A DNA stretch of 64,000 bases, from the NCBI GenBank assembly GCA_964016885.1, contig OZ024741.1:10354001-10418000 (forward strand), written 5' to 3'. This document shows positions 42,301-54,300 of this stretch, piece by piece. A model generated the notes under the pieces. It did not search any database and had not been told where the DNA came from. It saw only the letters and a list, made by a program, of their open reading frames with translations. The stretch is from Eledone cirrhosa. Lineage: Eukaryota. The position numbers and the translations under genes are program-made. The stretch's first letter is position 1; every line of letters begins with the position of its first letter.

Positions 42301-45300
42301 GTGGTGTTGGTGTTGTTGGTGGTGGTGGTGATAGTGGTGGAGGGGGTAGTGTTGGTGTTGTTAGTGGTGGTGGTGATAGTGGTGTAGGTGGTGGTGTTGG
42401 TGTTGTTGGTGGTGGTGGTGATAGTGGTGGAGGTGGTGTTGTTGGTGTTGTTGGTGGTGGTGGTGATAGTGGTGGTGGTGGTGGTGTTGGTGTTGTTGGT
42501 GGTGATAGTGGTGGAGGTGGTGATAGTGGTGGAGGTGGTGGTGTTGGTATCGTTGTTGGTGGTGGTGGTGATAGTGGTGGAGGTGGTGGTGTTGGTGTTG
42601 TTGGTGGTGGTGGTGATAGTGGTGGTGGTTGTGGTGTTGGTATTGTTGGTGGTGGTGGTGATAATGGTGGAGGTGGTGGTGGTGGTGTTGTTGGTGACGG
42701 TGGTGATAGTAGTGGAGATGGTGGTGTTGGTGTTGTTGGTGGTGGTGGTGATAGTGGTGGAGGTGGTGGTGTTGGTGTCGTTGGTGGTGGAGGTGATAGT
42801 GGTGGAGGTGGTGGTGGTGGTGTTGTTGGTGGCGGTGGTGATAGTGGTGGAGGTGGTGGTATTGGTATTGTTGGTGGTGGTGGTGATAGTGGTCGAGGTG
42901 GTGGTGTTGGTATTGTTGGTGGTGGTGGTGATAGTGGTGGAGGGGGTAGTGTTGGTGTTGTTGGTGGTGGTGGTGATAGTGGTGGAGGTGGTGGTGTTGG
43001 TGTCGTTGGTGGTGGTGGTGATAGTGGTGGAGGGGGTAGTGTTGGTGTTGTTGGTGGTGGTGGTGATAGTGGTGGAGGTGGTGGTGTTGGTGTCGTTGGT
43101 GGTGGTGGTGATAGTGGTGGAGGTGGAGGTGTTGGTGTTGTTGGTGGTGGTGGTGATAGTTGTGGAGGTGGTGGTGTTGGTGTTGTTGGTGGTGATGGTG
43201 ATAGTGGTGGAGGGGGTAGTTTTGGTGTTGTTGGTGGTGGTGGTGATAGTGGTGGAGGTGGTGGTGTTGGTGTTTTTGGTGGTGGTGGTGATAGTGGTGG
43301 AGGTGGTGGTGTTGGTGTTGTTGGTGGTGGTGGTGATAGTGGTGGTGGTGGTGGTGTTGGTGTTGTTGGTGGTGATAGTGGTGGAGGTGGTGATAGTGGT
43401 GGAGGTGGTGGTGTTGGTATCGTTGGTGGTGGTGATAGTGGTGGAGTTGGTGGTGTTGGTGGTGGTGGTGATAGTGGTGGAGAGGGTAGTGTTGGTGTTG
43501 TTGGTGGTGGAGGTGATAGTGGTGGAGGTGGTGGTGTTGGTGTTGTTGGTGGTGGTGGTGATAGTGGTGGAGGTGGTGATAGTGGTGGAGGTGGTGGTGT
43601 TGGTGTCGTTGGTGGTGGTGGTGATAGTGGTGGTGGTGGTGGTGTTGGTGTCGTTGGTGGTGGTGGTGATAGTGGTGGAGGTGGTGGTGGTGGTGTTGGT
43701 GTCGTTGGTGGTGGTGGTGATAGTGGTGGAGGTGGTGGTGTTGGTGTTGTTGGTGGTGGTGGTGATAGTGGTGGAGGTGATAGTGGTGGTGGTGGTGGTG
43801 TTGGTGTTGTTGGTGGTGGTGGTGATAGTGGTGGTGGTGGTGGTGTTGGTGTCGTTGGTGGTGGTGGTGATAGTGGTGGAGGTGGTGGTGTTGGTGTTGT
43901 TGGTGGTGGTGGTGATAGTGGTGGTGGTGGTGGTGTTGGTGTCGTTGGTGGTGGTGGTGATAGTGGTGGAGGTGGTGGTGTTTGTGTCGTTGGTGTTGTT
44001 GGTGGTGGTGGTGGTGGTGTTGGTGTTGTTGGTGGTGGTGGTGATAGTGGTGGAGGTGGTGATAGTGGTGTCGTTGGTGGTGGTGGTGGTGGTGGTGATA
44101 GTGGTGGAGGTGGTGGTGTTGGTGCTGTTGGTGGTGGTGGTGATAGTGGTGGAGGTGGTGGTGTTGGTGTTGTTGGTGGTGGTGGTGATAGTGGTGGAGG
44201 TGGTGGTGTTGGTGTTGTTGGTGGTGGTGGTGATAGTGGTGGAGGTGGAGGGGGTAGTGTTGGTGTTGTTGGTGGTGGTGGTGATAGTGGTGGAGGTGGT
44301 GGTGTTGGTGTCGTTGGTGGTGGTGTGGTGGTGGTGATAGTGGTGTAGGTGGTGGTGTTGGTGTTGTTGGTGGTGGTGGTGTAAGTGGTGGAGGTGGTAG
44401 TGTTGGTGTCGTTGGTGGTGGTGGTGGTGGTGGTGATAGTGGTGGAGGTGGTGGTGTTGGTGTTGTTGGTGGTGGTGGTGATAGTGGTGGAGGTGGTGGT
44501 GTTGGTGTTGTTGGTGGTGGTGGTGATAGTGGTGGAGGTGGAGGTGTTGGTGTTGTTGGTGGTGGTGGTGGTGATAGTGGTGGAGGTGGTGGTGTTGGTG
44601 TCGTTGGTGGTGGTGGTGATAGTGGTGGAGGTGGTGGTGTTGGTGTTGTTGGTGGTGGTGGTGATAGTGGTGGAGGTGGAGGTGTTGGTGTTGTTGGTGG
44701 TGGTGGTGATAGTGGTGGAGGTGGTGGTGTTGGTGTCGTTGGTGGTGGTGGTGATAGTGGTGGAGGTGGTGGTGTTGGTGTTGTTGGTGGTGGTGGTGAA
44801 AGTGGTGGAGGTGGAGGTGTTGGTGTTGTTGGTGGTGGTGGTGATAGTGGTGGAGGTGGTGGTGATAGTGGTGGAGGTGGTGGTGATAGTGGTGGAGGTG
44901 GTGGTGTTGGTGTCGTTGGTGGTGGTGGTGATAGTGGTGGAGGTGTTGGTGTTGTTGGTGGTGGTGGTGGTGATAGTGGTGGAGGTGGTGGTGTTGGTGT
45001 TGTTGGTGGTGGTGGTGATAGTGGTGGAGGGGGTAGTGTTGGTGTCGTTGGTGGTGGTGGTGATAGTGGTGGAGGTGGAGGGGGTAGTGTTGTTGGTGGT
45101 GGTGGTGATAGTGGTGGAGGTGGTGGTGTAGGTGTTGTTGGTGGTGGAGGTGATAGTGGTGGAGGTGGTGGTGTTGGTGTTGTTGGTGGTGGTGGTGATA
45201 GTGGTGGAGGTGGTGGTGTTGGTGTTGCTGGTGGTGGTGGTGATAGTGGTGGAGGTGGTGGTGTTGGTGTTGTTGGTGGTGGTGGTGATAGTGGTGGAGG

Positions 45301-48300
45301 TGGTGGTGTTGGTGTCGTTGGTGGTGGTGGTGATAGTGTTGGAGGTGGAGGTGTTGGTGTTGTTGGTGGTGGTGGTGATAGTGGTGGAGGTGGTGGTGTT
45401 GGTGTTGTTGGTGGTGGTGGTGATAGTGGTGGAGGGGGTAGTGTTGGTGTTGTTGGTGGTGGTGGTGATAGTGGTGGAGGTGGTGGTGTTGGTGTTGTTG
45501 GTGGTGGTGGTGATAGTGGTGGAGGTGGTGGTGTTGGTGTTGTTGGTGGTGGTGGTGATAGTGGTGGAGGTGGTGCTGTTGGTGTTGTTGGTGGTGGTGG
45601 TGATAGTGGTGGTGGTGGTGGTGTTGGTGTTGTTGGTGGTGATAGTGGTGGAGGTGGTGATAGTGGTGGAGGTGGTGGTGGTGTTGGTATCGTTGGTGGT
45701 GGTGGTGATAGTGGTGGAGGTTGTGGTGTTGGTGTTGTTGGTGGTGGTGGTGATAGTGATGGAGAGGGTAGTGTTGGTGTTGTTGGTGGTGGTGGTGATA
45801 GTGGTCGAGGTGGTGGTGTTGGTGTTGTTGGTGTTGGTGGTGATAGTTGTGGAGCTGGAGGTGTTGGTGTTGTTGGTGGTGATAGTGGTGGAGGTGGAGG
45901 TGTTGGTGTTGTTGGTGGTGGTGGTGATAGTGGTGGAGGTGGTGGTGTTTGTGTCGTTGGTGGTGATAGTGGTGGAGGTGGTGGTGTTGGTGTTGTTGGT
46001 GGTGGTGTTGATAGTGGTGGAGGTGGTGGTGTTGGTGTTGTTGGTGGTGGTGGTGATAGTGGTGGTGGTGGTGGTGTTGGTGTTGTTGGTGTTGGTGGTG
46101 ATAGTGGTGGTGGTGGTGGTGTTGGTGTCGTTGGAGGTGGTGGTGATAGTGGTGGTGGTGGTGGTGTTGGTGTCGTTGGTGGTGGTGGTGGTGATAGTGG
46201 TGGTGGTGGTGGTGTTGGTGTTGTTGGTGATGGTGGTGATAGTGGTGGTGGTGGTGGTGTTGGTGTTGTTGGTGGTGGTGGTGATAGTGGTGGAGGTGGT
46301 GGTGATAGTGGTGGAGGTGGTGGTGTTGGTGTTGTTGGTGTTGTTGGTGGTGGTGGTGGTGATAGTGGTGGAGGTGGTGGTGTTGGTGTTGTTGGTGGTG
46401 GTGGTGATAGTGGTGGAGGTGGTGGTGTTGGTGTTGTTGGTGGTGGTGGTGATAGTGGTGGTGGTGGTGGTGGTGGTGGTGTTGGTGTTGTTGGTGGTGG
46501 TGGTGATAGTGGTGGTGGTGGTGTTGGTGTTGTTGGTGGTGGTGATAGTGGTGGAGGTGGTGGTGTTGGTGTTGTTGGTGGGGGTGGTGATAGTGGTGGA
46601 GGTGGAGGTGTTGGTGTTGTGGGTGGTGGTGGTGATAGTGGTGGAGGTGGTGGTGTTGGTGTCGTTGGTGGTGGTGGTGATAGTGGTGGAGGTAGAGGTG
46701 TTGGTGATAGTGGTGGAGGTGGTGGTGTTGGTGCCGTTGGTTGTGATAGTGGTGGAGGTGGTGGTGTTGGTATTGTTGGTGGTGGTGGTGATAGTGGTGG
46801 AGGTGGTGGTGTTGGTGTTGTTGGTGGTGGTGGTGATAGTGGTGGAGGTGGTGGTGTTGGTGTTGTTGGTGGTGGTGCTGATAGTGGTGGAGGTGGTGGT
46901 GTTGTTGTCGTTGGTGGTGGCGGTGATAGTGGTGGAGGTGTTGGTGTTGGTGTCGTTGGTGGTGATAGTGGTGGAGGTGGTGGTGTTGGTGTTGTTGGTG
47001 GTGGTGGTGATAGTGGTGGAGATGGTGGTGTTGGTGTTGTTGGTGGTGGTGGTGGTGATAGTGGTGGAGTTGGTGGTGTTGGTATTGTTGGTGGTGGTGG
47101 TGTTAGTGGTGGAGGTGGTGGTGTTGGTGTTGTTGGTGGTGGTGGTGATAGTGGTGGAGATGGTGGTGTTGGTGTTGTTGGTGGTGGTGGTGGTGATAGT
47201 GGTGGAGGTGGTGGTGTTGGTATTGTTGGTGGTGGTGGTGTTAGTGGTGGAGGTGGTGGTGTTGTTGTCGTTGGTGGTGGCGGTGATAGTGGTGGAGGTG
47301 TTGGTGTTGGTATTGTTGGTGGTGGTGGTGGTGGTGATAGTGGTGGAGGTGGTGGTGTTGGTGTCGTTGGTGGTGATAGTGGTGGAGGTGTTGGTGTTGG
47401 TGTCGTTGGTGGTGGTGGTGATAGTGGTGGAGGTGGAGGTGTTGGTGTTGTTGGTGGTGGTGGTGATAGTGGTGGAGGTGGTGGTGTTTGTGTCGTTGGT
47501 TGTGATAGTGGTGGAGGTGGTGGTGTTGGTATTGTTGGTGGTGGTGGTGATAATGGTGGAGGTGGTGGTTGTGGTGTTGTTGGTGGCGGTGGTGATAGTG
47601 GTGGAGATGGTGGTGTTGGTGTTGTTGGTGGTGGTGGTGATAGTGGTGGAGGTGGTGGTGTTGGTGTCGTTGGTTGTGATAGTGGTGGAGGTGGTGGTGT
47701 TGGTATTGTTGGTGGTGGTGGTGATAGTGATGGAGGTGGTGGTGGTGGTGGTGTTGGTGGCGGTGGTGATAGTTGGTGGAGGTGGTGGTGTTGGTATTGT
47801 TGGTGGTGGTGGTGATAGTGGTGGAGGTGGTGGTGTTGGTATTGTTGGTGGTGGTGGTGATAGTGGTGGAGGTGGTGGTGGTGGTGTTGTTGGTGGCGGT
47901 GGTGATAGTGGTGGAGGTGGTGGTGTTGGTGTTGTTGGTGGTGGTGGTGATAGTGGTGGAGGTGGTGATGTTGGTGTTGTTGGTGGTGGTGGTGGTGGTG
48001 TTGGTGTCGTTGGTTGTGATAGTGGTGGAGGTGGTGGTGTTGGTGTTGTTGGTGGTGGAGGTGATAGTGGTGGAGGTGGTGGTGTTGGTGTTGTTGGTGG
48101 TGGTGGTGATAGTGGAGTTGGTGGTGTTGATGTTGTTGGTGGTGGTGGTGATAGTGTTGGAGGGGGTAGTGTTGGTGTTGTTGGTGGTGGTGGTGATAGT
48201 GGTGGAGTTGGTGGTGTTGGTGTTGTTGGTGGTGATAGTGGTGGAGGTGGTAGTGTTGGTGTCGTTGGTGGTGGTGGTGATAGTGGTGGAGGTGGTGGTG

Positions 48301-51300
48301 TTGGTGTCGTTGGTGGTGGTGGTGATAGTGGTGGAGGTGGTGGTGTTGGTGTTGTTGGTGGTGGAGGTGATAGTGGTGGAGGTGGTGGTGTTGGTGTTGT
48401 TAGTGGTGATAGTGGTGGAGGTGGTAGTGTTGGTGTCGTTGGTGGTGGTGGTGATAGTGGTGGAGGTGGTGGTGTTGGTGTTCTTGGTGGTGATAGTGGT
48501 GGAGGTGGTAGTGTTGGTGTCGTTGGTGGTGGTGGCGATAGTGGTGGAGGTGGTGGTGTTGGTGTCGTTGGTGGTGGTGGTGACAGTGGTGGAGGTGGTG
48601 GTGTTGGTGTTGTTGGTGGTGGAGGTGATAGTGGTGGAGGTGGTGGTGTTGGTGTTGTTGGTGGTGGAGGTGATAGTGGTGGAGGTGGTGGTGTTGGTGT
48701 AGTTGGTGTTGGTGGTGATACTGGTGGAGGTGGTGGTGTTGGTGTTGTTGGTGGTGGTGGTGATAGTGGTGGAGGTGGTGTTGTTGGTGTCGTTGGTGGT
48801 GGTGGTGATAGTGGTGGAGGTGGTGGTGTTGGTGTTGTTGGTGGTGGAGGTGATAGTGGTGGAGGCGGTGGTGTTGGTGTTGTTGGTGGTGGTGGTGATA
48901 GTGGTGTAGGGGGTAGTGTTGGTGTTGTTGGTGGTGGTGGTGATAGTGGTGTAGGGGGTAGTGTTGGTGTTGTTGGTGGTGGTGGTGATAGTGGTGGAGG
49001 GGGTAGTGTTGGTGTTGTTGGTGGTGGTGGTGATAGTGGTGGTGGTGGTGGTGTTGGTGTTGTTGGTGGTGGTGCTGATAGTGGTGGTGGTGGTGGTGTT
49101 GGTGTTGTTGGTGGTGGTGGTGATAGTGGTGGAGGTGGTGGTGTTGGTGTTGTTGGTGGTGGTGCTGATAGTGGTGGTGGTGGTGGTGTTGGTGTCGTTG
49201 GTGGTGGTGGTGATAGTGGTGGAGGTGGTGGTGTTGGTGTTGTTGGTGGTGGTGGTGATAGTGGTGGAGGTGGTGGTGTTGGTGTCGTTGGTGGTGGTGG
49301 TGATAGTGGTGGTGGTGGTGGTGTTGGTGTCGTTGGTGGCGGTGGTGATAGTGGTGGAGGTGGTGGTGTTGGTGTTGTTGGTGGTGGTGGTGGTGATAGT
49401 GGTGGTGGTGGTGGTGTTGGTGTTGTTGGTGGTGGTGGTGATAGGGGTGGAGGTGGTGGTGTTGGTGTTGTTGGTGGTGGTGGTGATAGTGGTGGTGGTG
49501 GTGGTGTTGGTGTCGTTGGTGGTGGTGGTGATAGTGGTGGAGGTGGTGGTGTTGGTGTTGTTGGTGGTGGTGATGATAGTGGTGGTGGTGGTGGTGTTGG
49601 TGTTGTTGGTGGTGGTGGTGGTGTTGGTGTCGTTGGTGGTGGTGGTGTTGATAGTGGTGGAGGTGGTGGTGTTGGTGTAGTTGGTGGTGGTGGTGATAGT
49701 GGTGGTGGTGGTGGTGGTGGTGTTGGTGTCGTTGGTGGCGGTGGTGATAGTGGTGGAGAGGGTAGTGTTGGTGTTGTTGGTGGTGGAGGTGATAGTGGTG
49801 GAGGTGGTGGTGTTTGTGTCGTTGGTGGTGATAGTGGTGGAGGTGGTGGTGTTGGTGTTGTTGGTGGTGGTGGTGATAGTGGTGGAGGTGGAGGTGTTGG
49901 TGTTGTTGGTGGTGGTGCTGATAGTGGTGGTGGTGGTGGTGTTGGTGTTGTTGGTGGTGGTGGTGATAGTGGTGGAGGTGGTGGTGTTGGTATTGTTGGT
50001 GGTGGTGGTGATAATGGTGGAGGTGGTGGTGGTGGTGTTGTTGGTGGCGGTGGTGATAGTGGTGGAGATGGTGGTGTTGGTGTTGTTGGTGGTGGTGGTG
50101 ATAGTGGTGGAGGTGGTGGTGTTGGTGTCGTTGGTTGTGATAGTGGTGGAGGTGGTGGTGTTGGTATTGTTGGTGGTGGTGGTGATAGTGGTGGAGGTGG
50201 TGGTGGTGGTGTTGTTGGTGGCGGTGGTGATAGTGGTGGAGGTGGTGGTGTTGGTATTGTTGGTGGTGGTGTTGATAGTGGTGGAGGTGGTGGTGTTGGT
50301 ATTGTTGGTGGTGGTGGTGATAGTGGTGGAGGTGGTGGTGGTGGTGTTGTTGGTGGCGGTGGTGATAGTTGTGGAGGTGGTGGTGTTGGTGTTGTTGGTG
50401 GTGGTGGTGATAGTGGTGAAGGTGGTGATGTTGGTGTTGTTGGTGGTGGTGGTGGTGGTGTTGGTGTCGTTGGTTGTGATAGTCGTGGAGGTGGTGGTGT
50501 TGGTGTTGTTGGTGGTGGAGGTGATAGTGGTGGAGGTGGTGGTGTTGGTGTTGTTGGTGGTGGTGGTGATAGTGGAGTTGTTGATGTTGTTGGTGGTGGT
50601 GGTGATAGTGGTGGAGTTGGTGGTGTTGGTGTTGTTGGTGGTGATAGTGGTGGAGGTGGTAGTGCTGGTGTCGTTGGTGGTGGTGGTGATAGTGGTGGAG
50701 GTGGTGGTGTTGGTGTCGTTGTTGGTGGTGGTGATAGTGGTGGAGGTGGTGGTGTTGGTGTTGTTGGTGGTGGAGGTGATAGTGGTGGAGGTGGTGGTGT
50801 TGGTGTTGTTAGTGGTGATAGTGGTGGAGGTGGTAGTGTTGGTGTCGTTGGTGGTGGTGGTGATAGTGGTGGAGGTGGTGGTGTTGGTGTTGTTGGTGGT
50901 GATAGTGGTGGAGGTGGTAGTGTTGGTGTCGTTGGTGGTGGTGGCGATAGTGGTGGAGGTGGTGGTGTTGGTGTTGTTGGTGGTGGAGGTGATAGTGTTG
51001 TTGGTGGTGGAGGTGATAGTGGTGTAGGTGGTGGTGTTGGTGTTGTTGGTGGTGGAGGTGATAGTGGTGGAGGTGGTGGTGTTGGTGTCGTTGGTGTTAG
51101 TGGTGATACTGGTGGAGGTGGAGGTGTTGGTGTTGTTGGTGGTGGTGGTGATAGTCGTGGAGGTGGTGTTGTTGGTGTCGTTGGTGGTGGTGTTGATAGT
51201 GGTGGAGGTGATGGTGTTGGTGTTGTTGGTGGTGGAGGTGATAGTGGTGGAGGTGGTGGTGTTGGTGTTGTTGGTGGTGGTGGTGATAGTGGTGGAGGGG

Positions 51301-54300
51301 GTAGTGTTGGTGTCGTTGGTGTTGGTGGTGATACTGGTGGAGGTGGTGGTGTTGGTGATGTTGGTGGTGGTGGTGATAGGGGTGGAGGTGGTGGTGTTGG
51401 TGTCGTTGGTGGTGGTGGTGATAGTGGTGGAGGTGGTGGTGTTGTTGTTGGTGGTGGTGGTGATAGTGGTGGAGGGGGTAGTGTTGGTGTTGTTGGTGGT
51501 GGTGGTGATAGTGGTGGAGGGGGTAGTGTTGGTGTTGTTGGTGGTGGTGGTGATAGTGGTGAAGGTGGTGGTGTTGGTGTTGTTGGTGGTGGTGGTGATA
51601 GTGCTGGAGGTGGTGGTGTTGGTGTTGTTGGTGGTGGAGGTGATAGTGGTGGAGGTGGTGCTGTTGCTGTAGTTGGTGGTGGTGCTGTTAGTGGTGGTGG
51701 TGGTGGTGTTGGTGTCGTTGGTGGTGGTGGTGATAGTGGTGGAGGTGGTGGTGTTGGTGTTGTTGGTGGTGGTGGTTATAGTGGTGGAGGTGGTGGTGTT
51801 GGTGTCGTTGGTGGTGGTGGTGATAGTGGTGGTGGTGGTGGTGTTGGTGTCGTTGGTGGTGGTGGTGATAGTGGTGGTGGTGGTGGTGTTGGTGTCGTTG
51901 GTGGCGGTGGTGATATTGGTGGAGGTGGTGGTGTTGGTGTTGTTGGTGGTGGTGGTGATAGTGGTGGTGGTGGTGGTGGTGTGGTGTTGTTGGTGGTGGT
52001 GGTGATAGTGGTGGAGGTGGTGGTGTTTGTGTCGTTGGTGGTGATAGTGGTGGTGGTGGTGGTGTTGGTGTTGTTGGTGGTGGTGGTGATAGTGGTGGAG
52101 GTGGTGGTGTAGGTGTTGTTGGTGGTGGAGGTGATAGTGGTGGAGGTGGTGGTGTTGGTGTTGTTGGTGGTGGTGGTGATAGTGGTGGAGGTGGTGGTGT
52201 TGGTGTTGTTGGTGGTGGTGGTGATAGTGGTGGAGGTGGTGGTGTTGGTGTTGTTGGTGGTGGTGGTGATAGTGGTGGTGGGGGTTTTGGTGTCGTTGGT
52301 GGTGGTGGTGATAGTGGTGGAGGTGGTGGTGGGGGTGATAGTGGTGGAGGGGGTAGTGTTGGTGTCGTTGGTGGTGGTGGTGATAGTGGTGGAGGTGGTG
52401 GTGGGGGTGATAGTGGTGGAGGTGGTGGTGTTGGTGTCGTTGGTGGTGGTGGTGATAGTGGTGGTGGTGGTGGTGTTGGTGTCGTTGGTGGCGGTGGTGA
52501 TAGTGGTGGAGAGGGTAGTGTTGGTGTTGTTGGTGGTGGAGGTGATAGTGGTGGAGGTGGTGGTGTTTGTGTCGTTGGTGGTGATAGTGGTGGAGGTGGT
52601 GGTGTTTAAGTTGTTGGTGGTGGTGGTGATAGTGGTGGAGGTGGTGGTGTAGGTGTTGTTGGTGGTGGAGGTGATAGTGGTGGAGGTGGTGGTGTTGGTG
52701 TTGTTGGTGGTGGTGGTGATAGTGGTGGAGGTGGTGGTGTTGGTTTTGTTGGTGGTGGTGGTGATAGTGGTGGAGGGGGTAGTGTTGGTGTTGTTGGTGG
52801 TGGTGGTGATAGTGGTGGAGGTGGTGGTGTAGGTGTCGTTGGTGGTGGTGGTGATAGTGGTGGAGGTGGAGGTGTTGGTGTTGTTGGTGGTGGTGGTGAT
52901 AGTGGTGGAGGTGGTGGTGTTGGTGTTGTTGGTGGTGGTGGTGATAGTAGTGGAGGGGGTAGTGTTGGTGTTGTTGGTGGTGGTAGTGTTGGTGTTGTTG
53001 GTGGTGGTGGTGATAGTGGTGGAGGGGGTAGTGTTGGTGTTGTTGGTGGTGGTGGTGATAGTGGTGGAGGTGGTGGTGTTGGTGTTGTTGGTGGTGGTGG
53101 TGATAGTGGTGGAGGTGGTGGTGTTGGTGTTGTTGGTGGTGGTGGTGATAGTGGTGGTGGTGGTGGTGGTGTTGGTGTTGTTGGTGGTGATAGTGGTGGA
53201 GGTGGTGATAGTGGTGGAGGTGGTGGTGTTGGTATCGTTGGTGGTGGTGGTGATAGTGGTGGAGGTGGTGGTGTTGGTGTTGTTGGTGGTGGTGGTGATA
53301 GTGGTGGAGAGGGTAGTGTTGGTGTTGTTGGTGGTGGAGGTAATAGTGGTGGAGGTGGTGGTCTTGGTGTTGTTGGTGGTGGTGGTGATAGTGGTGGAGG
53401 GGGTAGTGTTGGTGTTGTTGGTGGTGGTGGTGATAGTGGTGGAGGTGGTGGTGTTGGTGTTGTTGGTGGTGGTGGTGGTGGTGGTGATAGTGGTGGTGGT
53501 GGTGATAGTGGTGGAGGTGGTGGTGTTGGTGTCGTTGGTGGTGGTGGTGATAGTGGTGGAGGTGGAGGTGTTGGTGTTGTTGGTGGTGGTGGTGATAGTG
53601 GTGGAGGTGGTGGTGTTGGTGTTGTTGGTGGTGGTGGTGATAGTGGTGGAGGTGGTGGTGTTGGTGTCGTTGGTGGTGGTGGTGGTGATAATGGTGGTGG
53701 TGGTGGTGTTGATGTTGTTCGTGGTGGTGGTGATAGTGGTGGTGGTGGTGGTGTTGGTGTCGTTGGTGGTGGTGGTGATAGTGGTGGAGGTGGAGGTGTT
53801 GGTGTTGTTGGTGGTGGTGGTGATAGTGGTGGAGGTGGTGGTGTTGGTGTTGTTGGTGGTGGTGGTGATAGTGGTGGAGGTGGTGGTGTTAGTGTCGTTG
53901 GTGGTGGTGGTGATAGTGGTGGTGGTGGTGGTGTTGGTGTTGTTGGTGGTGGTGGTGATAGTGGTGGAGGTGGTGGTGTTGGTGTTGTTGGTGGTGGTGG
54001 TGGTGGTGTTGGTGTTGTTGGTGGTGGTGGTGATAGTGGTGGAGGTGGTGGTGTTGGTGTCGTTGGTGGTGGTGGTGATAGTGGTGGAGGTGGTGGTGTT
54101 GGTGTTGTTGGTGTTGGTGGTGGTGGTGTTGGTGTTGTTGGTGGTGGTGGTGATAGTGGTGGTGGTGGTGGTGTTGGTGTCGTTGGTGGTGGTGGTGATA
54201 GTGGTGGAGGTGGTCGTGTTGGTGTCGTTGGTGGTGGTGGTGATAGTGGTGGAGGTGGTAGTGTTGGTGTCGTTGGTGGTGGTGGTGATAGTGGTGGAGG

